A stretch of 64,000 nucleotides of DNA from Vicugna vicugna. Its lineage: Eukaryota. Made by a program: the position numbers and the translations under genes. Location of the stretch: the NCBI GenBank assembly GCA_013265495.1, contig MU058433.1:222820-286819 (forward strand). The letters run 5' to 3'. Position 1 is the first letter of the stretch. Each line of letters begins with the position of its first letter. Below, one piece after another: positions 13,238-26,191 of this stretch. Below the pieces are notes generated by a model that saw only the letters and a program-made list of their open reading frames with translations, had not been told where the DNA came from and did no database searches.

Positions 13238-13750
13238 AGCTGCAGAGATTCTGGGGAGCAGAAGCTGTCTGAGAGCACTGGTCAGATGCCGTTGGGCCAG
13301 AACAGGTGCTCTGTGACTTTACATCCTAAGCAATTTTGAAAGTTGTTTTTACCAAACTTATCCACAGAGATGTTGTCCATCTTTACTGGCATTTTAATAT
13401 CATAGACCATCTTTAAATGTAGGAGATGGCTCCCATTCAGACTTGATGAACCCTAAGAATCATTTGCAGAGGTTGACCTCAACTGCAATGCATTCATTTG
13501 TGAATATGAACTTCTTGAGTTTTTCAAGGAAGTCAGTATGTCAAAACCAGGATATAAAGTGAGACAAATTATGCAAAAACCCGTGCTAGATGGTAACAGG
13601 AATAAATATAGGAAGATATGTTTTGACAAATTTGTTTATATTTTCTGAAAGGTAAAAAGCAGTGATATTGCCCAAACCTCCCACAAAGCTAGTCAACAGG
13701 AAAGAAGGGATTTGCACTCAGGGGAACTTCAGAGCTGTCCAGTGAAGGAT
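13238..13750 (+). pseudogene. PLS3: Processed pseudogene fragment of plastin-3 (5'UTR plus EF-hand N-terminus, ~codons 1-117)
   Basis: Hand translation from ATG 13417: [107 protein letters not shown]. It aligns to PLS3 as recalled ([110 protein letters not shown]). No introns; stops at 13420, 13454 and 13646, plus frameshifts. Confidence 0.9.
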
Positions 13751-13884
13751 CCACTTTACTTTTTCCTTCTAAATTTCTGCATTCTCTACTATTTTAATAA
13801 AAAAGAGGATCAGAAATAGTAAAGATTCAAGTGGAATAAGCAACTGTACTTATTTAGAGCTTTCTCCAGGGCTAGAGAATGGTT

Positions 13885-14480
13885 GACACTATTGTACAAG
13901 TCTACTATACTCTTGCTGATTTTACATGTATTTGTTCCATTGATTATGGAAAAAGGGAATTGAAATTCCCACTTGTATTTTTGGATTTTTCTATTTTTTT
14001 CCTGCAGATCTATATGTTTTTACACCATGCATTCCAAATTCCTCTTATTAGAGCCATAAACATTTAGAATTTTATCATCTCTTTCTTAGTTTAGTTCCCA
14101 TCATTATGAAATTGATCTTCTTTATCTCTGGTAAAATTATTTCCTCTAAACGTATTTGACATTAAAAGCGTCACTTCAGCTTTATTTGACTAGTGTTAGC
14201 ATTGTGTAATTTTTTCCATTCCTTTACTATTAACCTCATTGTGTCTTTCTACTTCAAGTGTGCTTCTTGTAATTAGCACAGTTTGGTCTTGTTATTTTAT
14301 CTCATTTAACAATCTCTGTCTTAAAATTGGGTGTGTAGACCACTGATATTTTAAATGATTACTGAAAAGGTTAGATTTAGTTCATCGCCTTTTATTTGTT
14401 CTATATTTCTCATATATGTTCTTTGTTGCCTTTTCTACCTTTTTTTAACCTTCTTATAGATTGTTTATTATGATTGTATT
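13885..14480 (-). mobile_element. Old L1 fragment, antisense
   Basis: T-rich antisense L1-like sequence (TCCTTTACTATTAACCT..GTCTTGTTATTTTATCTCATTTAACAATCTCTG). Confidence 0.6.
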
Positions 14481-14544
14481 TTATCTTCTAACAACACAGA
14501 TGCAAGAAGAAATAAACAGAAAAACTAACAGTGGAAGACTTAGA

Positions 14545-14635
14545 TACACTATTTTTTTCTAAATTTTGGTTCAAGAGTAATCAAGAGTTACACTATTTTT
14601 TTTAAGTTTTGGTCCAAGAGTAGTCAAGAGTACAC
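14545..14635. repeat. Imperfect 44-bp tandem duplication
   Basis: TACACTATTTTTTT..TTTTGGT(T/C)CAAGAGTA(A/G)TCAAGAGT occurs twice. Confidence 0.85.
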
Positions 14636-15969
14636 ACAACAAACAAGCCTAATAAAAGAGACATTTCCTATGAATATATACTGAGCCTACACCCCAAATG
14701 ACAGGAAATATTCATTCATCTAAAGTACATGCAAAACATTAACAAATGTTAACAAATCATATTCTTGTAAAGGAGATCACACAATACCTTCAACAAACCC
14801 TATTAAGAGAAATACAAGCAACTCTCATGACAATGCATTAAAACTAGCAATGTAAAATTTAAAATGTGTTTTTAGAAAGTAACTAAGAGCATAGCTAAAT
14901 GACAACGGAACAACAGTCTCTTATCAAATTGGCACATAACCATTGGAATGAAAGAAGAGGGCTCAAACATTCAATAGGGATTTATTTTGAGGGAATATTC
15001 AGATCAGAAATATAAAAGTTTCATACATCTGTCAATTTATTATAGCACTTTAAAGAGGATCTATAAGAATAAGTTATGTTTAAATAAATTATGAGCTTTT
15101 ATTTAATCATAATTTTGTTTTGAAAATGGACTAATTATATAGTGTTAAAATATCAATGTATATTGTAATATATTATGATCATTTTTATAAAGATGTAGCT
15201 AATAAATATATACATATCAATACATTTATATACATGTATTTTTACTTAGGATAAAAATACACAAGAAGTTTCCTCTAAGTTGTATGACTGAGTGCTTTCT
15301 AATCTATTTTTAAAATACCTTCCTGTTTTTCCAAATTATTTATATTTATTATATTATATTAATATATTATTTATATATTATACCACTACATATTATATAT
15401 TTTCCAAATTATTTATTATATTACATTACTTTCATTAAAAAGATAAAAATAGAATAAGTTTTTTAAATTATTGCTATTATCATGATCACTATTTCAAGAT
15501 TTGTATATTGATCTAGTTTTTCTTAACTTGATATGTAAGGGTAACAAATCTAAACTTTTGATGACTCTCTTTTCTGGACCATTTTCCTCACTTAAAAGTG
15601 AGCTTTTTAAACCAAGGGTCATATTTTCTAGCCTAACTTGTAGAGTAGAAAATTCTCAATAAATATCAATTAAATGGAGAGATGAACCAATACAGGAATA
15701 AAAGAAATAATTTTAAAAATGAATCAGTGTGTGAATAAAAGAAACATTCTATATGCAGTTACTTTTGATATGTTTTCCAAAAAGCAATGGATAAAAAGGA
15801 AACATAAATTTGAGATAAATATTTAATCCCAATTTTCATTAAAAATACTGTGTTTATTTTCATTCTCCCCCCACCAAATATACATGCTAACACAGAAGTA
15901 TACACATGTGAAAGCATTCACATATTTATATATCATTATTTCAGCACTAAACATGGAAAGTTCTTGCTC

Positions 15970-16257
15970 TTTTTCCTCCTCCCATAGAGGATAGTTTAAG
16001 TTCCACAAGAACGTCTCTGTCTCTGACACTCTAAAATTTCCCCTTGAGACACGTAACACACATTTTTCCTTTTTTTTTTTTTCTTCATATTTTCTTTTAA
16101 AGGCTCAGTCCAATAGCACAGATAGCAAGGAAGTTAGAGGTTGGAAGCTATGCATGCACATTTATTCTAGGACTCAAGATTTTTTTTTCAGCCAAGACCC
16201 TGAACACCTGGACCAGATTGCATTCAGCTCACTGCTCTGCTATCCAGGAACTAAGGT
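15970..16257 (+). promoter_or_regulatory. Putative promoter and non-coding first exon of copy B
   Basis: O/E-like TCCCCTTGAGA at 16039-16049 and donor CTAAG|GTATT (GT 16256-16257). Acceptor AG at 20728-20729. Confidence 0.55.
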
Positions 16258-19200
16258 ATTTAAGACATACCAAAAAAGGGGATGATGACAGAATTTCTTT
16301 TCTTTTCTTTTTTGTAGGCAGTAAGATAAAGTGAAGAGGGACTTTGGATATATAACAATTGCTTATCATTTTTTCCAGAACTAAATCTTTGACTCTATCC
16401 AAGTAATTTGAATACAGAGATGTTGTATGAAATTGGATATTCTTGAACAATGTGTGTTTTCTCAACCATAACATTAAAATTCAGTGTAACATCAATCTGG
16501 TTACGATTATCTGTGTTATTTTTCTGTCCAAATGGGAATCAGAGGTAAATTACTTCCATGACAAACAGAATAGGAAAATAGTTCTAGGTCATTAGGCCAA
16601 TGGTCAGAATCCTCTTGGTTCTTACCTGTTCTTCCCTTATTCTGCAAAATCATAGTCTAAATTCCCTTTTTTATTTTCTACAGAGACTGAGCTATGACTT
16701 TCGTTTCATTGATTTTGGATGGCAAAACTTACATGGAGAAAACAACCCTCATTTAAAAAAAAATGGCTCTAAAGGACTGAAGACAATCTAACGAAAAAAT
16801 ATACTTATTACCTGTAAGGTTTAAGAATAAAGATAGACAACAGATATATCAAAGCTGTATTTTATAAGTGGTGATAGTTATGTGTTTATATTATTATTTT
16901 AGTAACCCTGTCCACACCACAGCATAGTATGTGTCTCATTTCCTTGCAGAAGAAATTAACTTTTGTGTATCAAAATTATTTTAAATTTGTTTCTAAAAGT
17001 AATAGAATAAAGGAAATATACTGGGATGAAAAGCAAAATCTTTTTCTCCATCCCAGATAGTTGTTCATTCTGGGAAGAAATCATTAAGGTGCTGAACTTA
17101 CATTGTTTATTCTTGTCGAGAGAAACTTTAACTCCAAGAGAAGCTGCAATGTTGCTTTGTGCACTGCTATTTACAATATATAGATCAAAGCAGGTACTGA
17201 ACATCACAGTTAAGAGAGACTGTTAAATAATTTAAAGTAGACAGAAGGAGAAAAGAATAGGGATCTTATTTAAAATTAATTAGAATTATATTAAAATTGA
17301 TGGATAGTTTAAATAAGTTATCTTTATTGCTTAAACCAGTACTTGTTCTGCTTTTATCATCTTATTCTTTCCACTTTCTTTGTATTTTCTTTGTTTCCCT
17401 ACTTTATAAAGGGAATGTTTTATTTATTTATCTTTGTAGTAATCTAGAGGAAGATGTTTTGCATTTTTTCTATTAGTTTATTTTATGCAATCCAAGTAAT
17501 AATATTTAGATTATAATTTAGTAATTCTCAAACTCAAATAAAAATTTTATTTATTTATTTATTTATTTCATCCATCTATTCATTTATTTAATAAAATCTT
17601 AGTACCTGATATGTTCAAGGTGGTTTGCTACATACTGGATTGGTGGGAGTTAATATAAATACAAACTGTCCTTAATGTCAATAATTTTATTGAATTGTGG
17701 AGGAGTCCCATATATGAATTGATTTTTGTAGTATCATAGGGTAAATATAATTTAAAAGAATTTTTATTTGAATAAATAAATTCTTTACATCTAATTATAG
17801 CAGTTTGTAACTACATTATTTTAAGATGGTTTAGATGATATGTCTCCACCACCACATTCGAACTTTGAATCTTTCTGAGGAAGGTTTTCCTTGCAGAGTA
17901 AGTACGAATTAGCTACGTTTGAGTGGGGCTGGAGGGAAAGCACCAAAAGCACAGAGGACCATTTTTCACAGAGTCAGGAATATCGGTGTGCTGTGAGTAG
18001 GAAACAGCAAATAGCAGCAGGAGAGAACACTGTCCCTCCCTTCTTGATCTGTCAGAATCCTAATCATGCTTCAGGTCTAGAAGCCCTGTCTTTTCCTCTT
18101 AGATGTTTCTCCTGAGACTAGATTAGAGACACAGGTGCTCCTATGACAACGAATATAACTCTAAGATTTTGTAATGACATAAGGACAGGTCCTTGAAAGA
18201 TGCTTGTTAGCATGTGCAATCTGTGTTTCCCTACTTCTTTCAAAACAAACGTTTTGACAAATCTAATCTGTCCTCACCTGGTGTCACTTTATGAAGCAGA
18301 ATTTCCATGTGACAATACTTCCTATAGACAATGACCTTAAAATCACCAAATTTATTAATGGAAGGTAGAATGAATATCTTCTCTAATGGAACACAGGAGA
18401 AAATTCACTTAGTGGCACTCAATGGCTTTCTACGGCATTAATTTTTGTAAGCACACCAAAATCGCTGTCAGTCTGGGTATTGAGCACATAAAATATGGTA
18501 GTATGTTTTAACATGCTATCTCCTTCAATTTTCTCTTCAGTATGATTTTCTGATCAAAAAAGCCTCAAAGAGAGTAAGTGAATTAACAAAAACCAGGTCT
18601 ATAATCTAGTTTCTGTCTTACAAATTGGTGGAATTTCCGCCACAATAGTTGACAATGTTTCTATGAAAAATCAGATACGCCTTTTGGAATTCCTAGTAAT
18701 TCAGGGTTATTGGGAAGGTGTTTAATGGAAACCAATTTTTTTAACTTGGGAAACTTGGTCACAGATTATTTTCATTCTACTAAGTAGAAAACTTATATAA
18801 ATTTTTGGTGCTTTGGCGCCTACTAGCTAAATGCTTATCTGTTGTTGCAGTCTTCTAAGAATTCTTACTTTACTTATCTGTTGAGCAAAGACTACAATAT
18901 CTCAAAGTTTTTTCCTTCCTTTTTCCAACCCCTCTTCTGGAGAGGACAGAAAATATGTCCTTAAGGGAGGGGTAGGAAAAGGAATCTGACTTCTTCACTG
19001 CCTATTGTTTCCCAAGCACCACAGAGTTAACTCATAATCTCTCTGGGTTCCTTCAACATCAGTGAAGTACCCATTACCTGATAATGACAACATTCTTTAT
19101 GATCTAGCTCCTGGCCAAATGTCTAGCTTATTACTTGCCCCTTCCACACCAGCAAATTTTTTAGAGTTGATTGTTTTGATTTTTATACTTTTACATGTTG

Positions 19201-20762
19201 ATTCCTCTCTCTGGAATTCCTTTTACAAATGTGTCTCCTTTACAACTTGACTTCTTTCAAAATAGATATCGAACACCTTCTCTTCAACATAGTGTTTCCT
19301 TATAATCGCCAATTCTTCCTCTCAATACCCCACCAACAATGCACACCCACATTAACAGTCTAGTGCTAATTTGGGATCTTGCACGTACTTCTATTTTAGT
19401 TCTTGTTCTATGTTTATCATGATTATTTGTATGCATCTTCTCTGTCCATTAAACTCTGAAATCCTTAAATGAGCAAAACTGTCTTCTTCTCCACATTATG
19501 GATACTTGATACATATATATAAGAAAGTAAGAGATTAATGAAAGAATGAGATATCATTTATTCATCCCAAAAATTCAGTCAAATTGAAAATGAGGTTTAG
19601 ACATAAGCACAGAATTGGGGATTAATTAATTTTGCTCTTGGGTGAGAAATAAATTTGACATGTGGTAAGAAATATCAAGTATAAATTTGCACTTGTATTG
19701 GTTTCCACAAGAACTCAACTAACATGGATTCCATTGTAAAATATATACAAAAATGTAAACCAAAATGTCAGTGAGAACAGATGAGAAAACAATAAAAATT
19801 GGCAATGTCAACGTATTATGGAATGATAAATATTACTGGAAAAACTAGCATAACTAAGTCAAAGTCTATCAGGGCCTTTAGTTTGATATAATTGTGTGAA
19901 ACTGGTTTGTTTGTTTTGTTATTTGTTGTATTTTTTGCTACAGACAGCAGATAATCTCAGAGGACAATGTTTAAATGTAAGACAGAAAAATTGGTAAAAG
20001 AATAAAATAAATGATTTATTATCATTGATGGATTTACCATCCTAAGCAAAGTTACTTGCTCTCCAATTATTACTGGAAGTTTATTCTGAGTAGAAATTTT
20101 AAAAGAATTTTGATAGATGCATATAAACCATTATTTAAAAAAGAGAAAAATAAGGCAATTAAAAAGTGAGAAGACCAAATCAAAAATTGTACTGTTTTGT
20201 GAGACCCCCCCCAATCTCCACTAAATCATTTTAGAAATGATTTAATATTTCTAAAATTCTTAGAACAGTGCCTTAGTACCAAATTATAACGATCAGCTAT
20301 TAACCAAGAATAAGAATTTTAAAAGTCCTCTTACCTTTTGGGTCATTGGTATGGTCATCAAAAGACTCTAAGAGCTCACCCATAGGGAGATGTATATATT
20401 TATTAACAAATGAGGTATCTAACAAAAATATCCTTAGACTAGATGAAATAGAATTATGTTTGATTATAAATTTATGAGGGTGGGAAATTGGTTTAAAAAA
20501 ATTTTTTGAATCAGTGTCTGTGATGACAATTTGTATTGTTCAGTAAAAATTTGTTGAAGCGATAGATGAATTAATCAATTAATAAACAACAAATAAACAA
20601 AAGATCTACTCCCTGTCACTCAGAAAAGTTGGTTATTTGATCATTAAAATGCCCTCCAGAATTTTAAAACACAAAAAGGAGAAAAAGTAACCATAAACTA
20701 TATTTTATTTTCTCTTTGTCTTACTCTAGGAAAAATCACATAACGTTTAAGCCTAATTGATT

Positions 20763-21727
20763 ATGCTAATGCTGAATAAAACAGACCTGGACCCACCCTC
20801 ATTTATTCTGAATGGAGTTCCAGGACTGGAAGATATACATGTCTGGATTTCTCTCCCATTCTGCTTCATGTATGCTGTGGCTGTGGTAGGGAACTGCGGA
20901 CTCCTCTACCTCGTTTGCTATGAGGACGCCCTGCACAAACCCATGTACTACTTCTTGGCCATGCTTTCTCTCACTGACCTTGTCATGTGCTCTAGTACAA
21001 TCCCTAAAGCTCTCTGCATCTTCGGTTTCACCTCAAGGAAATCAGCTTTGTAGAATGCCTGGTTCAGATGTTCTTCATTCACACCTTCACAGGGATGGAG
21101 TCTGGGGTGCTCATGCTGATGGCCCTGGACCGCTATGTGGCCATCTGCTACCCTCTGCGCTACTCAACTATCCTCACCAATCCTGTCATTGCAAAGGCTG
21201 GGCTCTCCACCTTTCTCAGAGGGGTGCTGCTCATCATTCCCTTCACTTTCCTTACCAAGCATCTGCCCTACTGCAGAGGCAATGTAATTCCCCACACCTA
21301 CTGCGACCACATGTCTGTAGCCAAGTTATCCTGTGGAAATATCAAGGTCAATGCCATTTATGGTCTGATGGTTGCCCTTCTGATTGGGGGCTTTGACATC
21401 CTGTGCATCACGATCTCCTACACCATGATCCTCCAGGCAGTGGTCAGCCTCTCCTCAGCAGATGCTCGGCAGAAGGCCTTTGGCACCTGCACTGCTCACA
21501 TCTGTGCTATTGTTTTTTCCTACAGTCCAGCTTTCTTCTCCTTCTTTTCCCACCGCTTTGGGGGCCACACAATCCCTCCCTCTTGCCACATCATTATGGC
21601 CAATATTTACCTGCTCTTGCCTCCCACTATGAATCCTGTTGTCTATGGGGTGAAAACCAAGCAGATACGAGACTGTGTCCTAAGGATCCTTTCAAGTCCT
21701 AAGGACACCAAATCCCATAGCATATGA
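20763..21727 (+). pseudogene. OR52N4: OR52N4-like copy B, frameshifted
   Basis: ATG at 20763. A 1-bp deletion after 21023 (ATCTTCGGTTTCAC, the T of TGG is lost) gives a premature TAG at 21051-21053. The remainder is a complete OR C-terminal part ending at 21727. Confidence 0.9.
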
Positions 21728-23109
21728 GTGGACATTCCCAAGAGAGAGAAGATAAAGATTACTTTCAGTTGCTATTTAGGCAGGAGCTGATAACATCTTC
21801 CTGCAAGTGCTGTTTTGGTCAGTAAAATGGAGTTTGTTTCTAGCAGTGCATTTCCAAATACATGCCCTGTCATGAGAATCTCAGTATCACCTGAATGTCC
21901 ACCAGCCTTTCTATGAATTTCTCTTTTTCTCATTGCTGTGAAGGATTAGTCTACTAATTAACCCAAGTTTACTTGAATAAATCAGATTCTTTTTCATAAA
22001 AAAGGTGAATAAAATGAAAGCAGATGATTCTAAATATTGATTTTAATCTCCAGATAGAGAGCCAGTTGTGACTTTTCCCTGGAAAACATGTGATCTATAT
22101 TTTTAATCACTACCAAATACCTCTTTTTATTCTCAATGACTTCTTCCTAAAGGAAAAGCTAGAAAGTATCCTATGAAGTCATTAATATGATGAATTTAAA
22201 GTTTCTGGGCACTTTATGATAATGTTACTATTTGTCTGAATATGTCTCTCCTAACTAGGCCACACGCACTACTTCACTACTGACTAATTTGATATCCAGT
22301 TTCCTTTAAAAGAGCATTTGAAAGCACACAATCTGGAGGGTGAGACACATAAGTCTCTTAACTAAAAGTAAAAAATACTATAACTTTTATTATAACAATC
22401 TGAGAGGGAATCAAAATCGGCTTGTTTCAACCTATTTCCAATTGGGAATATAATAAAATTAAATCTCTCTTTCTGATAGTTGAGATTCTTTTAAATTAAT
22501 AAACCCATGAAAGAATGAAGGAAATGGTATTTTTCATTAGTGTCTCCTGAACTAAGCCAATTATATGTAAGGAATTTAGACTAAATTGAATTTTTACTCA
22601 TCTCTTGGTCCAACTGAAAAAAATACACATTGTTTCTCCCCAGTTTAGTTAATTATACCCATCAAATTGCATTTAATTATTCAATTACTTCCTCTTTACT
22701 ATCTTGTAAAATCCTACAAAACAATCCCACCCCTTAAACTGTAATTACCCTCCATGTGCTGTCCCTTTTCTCTCTGCTTACCTCAAAACTTCTAGAACAA
22801 GTTGTCTACCTTCTCTCCCTTTACTTTCTCAACTTGAAATCACTCTTGCCCTAGTTTGTCTTTCTGTCATCCCATTCATTACCTGAAATTGCTTTTGTCA
22901 GTTTCAGTAATAACTCCCATTGCAGCAAATTAAGTAGGCTCCTTTCTAGCTTCATCTAACACTACCTCAGGAATAAGGGATGCAATTCTGAAAAAAAAAA
23001 AAAAAAAGAAAGAAATGCAATTTTGCAATCCCAATATCTTGAAACAGTGCCAGTTTTTTTTTACTTCAGATACATCTATTTATTTAATGATTTTCTTCAC
23101 TCTTGTTTA

Positions 23110-25040
23110 GCAGAAAGGCATACAAATGGCTAACAGATATATAAGAAGATGCTCAAAATCATGAATCATCATAAAAACACAAACACTACAATGAGATATC
23201 ATCTCACATCCGGTTAGGATAGCAACGATAAAAGCAAACAAACTTTTGCTGCTGAGGATATGGAGAAATTGCTACTCTTGTGCATTGTTAGAAAATGGAC
23301 AAAAAATGAACATTTCATGGTAAGAACATATAAATGGCAAATATGCACATAAAATATGTTCAATATCATTATCTATACACAAATACAAATTAAAATAAAA
23401 ATAGAATTTCACTACACAACCATGAGAATGGATAAAATGAAATACAATAACAACATGAAATTCTGGCAAGGGTATGTAGAGACTGAATTAATAATACATT
23501 ACTGGTGGGAATGTAAAATGGTTCAGCCACTCTGGAAAACATTTTGAAAATTTTCTTAAAATCACAAATCTGGAACTATTACAACTTAGCAGTTACAATC
23601 CTGGATATTTATCCCAGAACAATGAATACTTATATTTACACAAAAATCATAGAACAGTGAATGACATCAAAAAAATTGCAAAGTAGGAATATTAAAAAGT
23701 TTGTCCCTAATAAAAGGAATGGAGAAACTGGAAAATGTCTGTTAGAATCAGCTTTCTCTTAATTCTTAATTTTAACTGAAAGCTTGCAGAAATTAGGGGA
23801 ATGCTTAATCAAGAAGAAATGGCTGAATTTCAGTAAGAGATAACTGGCATTATTTTAAAATTGTGGTAAAAGTCACATAACAGAATTTACCCTTTTGATC
23901 ATTTTAAATGTATAATTCAGCAGGTTCACAAAGCTGTGCAACCATCACCACTATCTAACTTCAGAACATTTTAATCATTACTACCCTTCAAAAAAAGCTC
24001 ATACATTTTAAGCAGTCACCATTTTTCTCCAGCCTCTTGCAATCAAAAATTTCCTTTTGTTCTATGGATTTGTCTATTAATTTTTTATATGTATGAAATA
24101 CTACAGATTGTACTATTTGTCTCCGGCTGCTTTGACCTTACATAAAGTTTTCAAGTTTCATTCATGTTGTAGTGTGTATCAGTATTTCATTTCTCTTTAT
24201 CGCCAAATAATACAAGCATATGTATGTTGGAGATATTGCAGATTTGGTTTCAGATCAAACATGGTAATAAAGCGAATCACACGACTTTGGGGGTCTAATG
24301 CCAGATCGATCAGTTTGAACTTTTTGGTAAACTCTACAGGGTTTTATCTAAAGGGTGCACAAGGGGAAGGCCCTGTGGGAGGTGGGAGAGACTGCTGATC
24401 ACAAGGGCTGTTGAAGGAGTCACATCAGGAACTTACAGCTACTCATGATTCTGCGGGCTGTTATCTGCAGACATGTGCTTATAAGGGAGTGCTAAGTGTC
24501 AGTGAGGCCCCCATGGGTCAAACCAGTGGATGCAGAGGCAGCAATACCATGAGGTAGCTTAGATAAACTCCAACACACACCCCAGACACATCCAAAAATA
24601 ATGTTTAATCTGGGAATCCTGTAGCAGTCAACTTGACACACAAATACCACAATGATTTATATCCATAAAATGGATAGTTATTTACTAACACAAAGAAATA
24701 AAGGACCTATACATGCAACAACATGGAGGAACTTTGAAACATCCTATGTGAAAAAAATGGTACATATTTTGTGCTTCCATTTATATGAAATGTCTAGAAT
24801 AGGTAAGTTCATAGAACAGAATACAAATTAGTGTTTGTCATGGGCTGAGAGGAAGAGACAAGAGAAAGCGATGCTTAATGAGTACAGGCCTTCCCTTTTA
24901 TGTAATGGGAATGTTCCAGAATTAGGCAGAAGCAATGATTACACACTATTGTGAATGTACTAAAAAGCACTGAATCACACACTTTAAAATTGTTAAAAAA
25001 TAAAAAATAATGTTGTGTGAGTCTCATCTTAAAAAAATAA
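23110..25040. mobile_element. Nested composite of L1M 3' fragments in both orientations with short Tigger-like and MaLR/LTR-like pieces
   Basis: L1 3' motifs (GGCATACAAATGGCTAACAG, TGGTGGGAATGTAAAATGGT, ACAACATGGAGGAACTTTGAAAC). Tigger1-like GGAGATATTGCAG..AATAAAGCGAATCACAC at ~24230-24283. MLT-like end at ~24575-24650. Confidence 0.6.
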
Positions 25041-25929
25041 AAGGTGGAAAAAATTGAGCTAAAAATGCTCTATGTATGTATATTATTTAATGTACCATTT
25101 CATGTATAATAATTTAAAAAACCCCTTGGATGTCCAAGAAAATATCAGTCTTTATGTTTTAATGTCATCCAAGCTTTTTGTCAAAAACATATATGGCTGA
25201 TGTACATTAAGGAATGTGATAGACTGGTAGAGAGATATTTAACAGAAAAGAACTATATCACGTTACCTCCATATTACAGAATTTAATGGTGCTTTTTATC
25301 TCTTCCCAAAGTCATTTTTACTTTTACAAATTCATCAAAATATAGGACATTACTTTTATTATTTAATTGAAGGGATATAAACTTAAAACCATTCGCTGTG
25401 TTTCATTATTGCTACTATTGTAATCATCATTATTACTATCGTAATGTTTAGGCATCTGATTATTCCTCAGTTAATCAGTACGCATGACAAGTCTGAGCCT
25501 TTGATGAAGCTTTAGAATGCCATAATACTCACCATCAACTTCAGTTAAAAGTAAACTTCCTGAAAACCAAGGCATATGTTATCTGATTTTGCACAATTCC
25601 CAGCATGATTTGAGAAGTACTAAGTCCTCAATGATGTTATTTAGAGAGATTTAAAGAAATAAACAAATGAAAAAATAGATGGATGTGTGAATCACTGAAA
25701 CATGCACTACTTAAGTGCTTTCAACATGTGTCCCACAAGGCCTTCCTTAGAAAGAAGCAATACTTTGCAACAAATACTAAAATCATTCACTTTTATTAAA
25801 ATTCATTTGTGTTCATTTTAATTCCTCTCCGTTGAATACACACTCACACAAGCACACACATAGATACAAATCCATGGAATAGTTCCCTTATTTAAGTATC
25901 ACCACACAGCAGTAAGAGTGGAAAGCATC

Positions 25930-26191
25930 TCCTCTTTGCCCTCCTCCCATCGTGGTTAACTTGCCTGCTACACAAGCACCTGTGTCACTAATGTTCTGAA
26001 ATATTCCCCTTGAGACATACAGCGCACATTTTTCTTAAATACCAGGTTCAGTATTACAGATATCAAGGGATTTAGAAGCTGAGGACTGTGCATGTACAAA
26101 TATTGTAGAACCAAGACATTTTTGGAGCAAGATCTTGAACACCTGGACCAGATCACATCCAGCTCATTGCTTTGCTATCCAGGCCTAAGGT
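25930..26191 (+). promoter_or_regulatory. Putative promoter and non-coding first exon of copy C
   Basis: TCCCCTTGAGA at 26005-26015 and donor CTAAG|GTATT (GT 26190-26191). Acceptor AG at 30083-30084. Confidence 0.55.
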
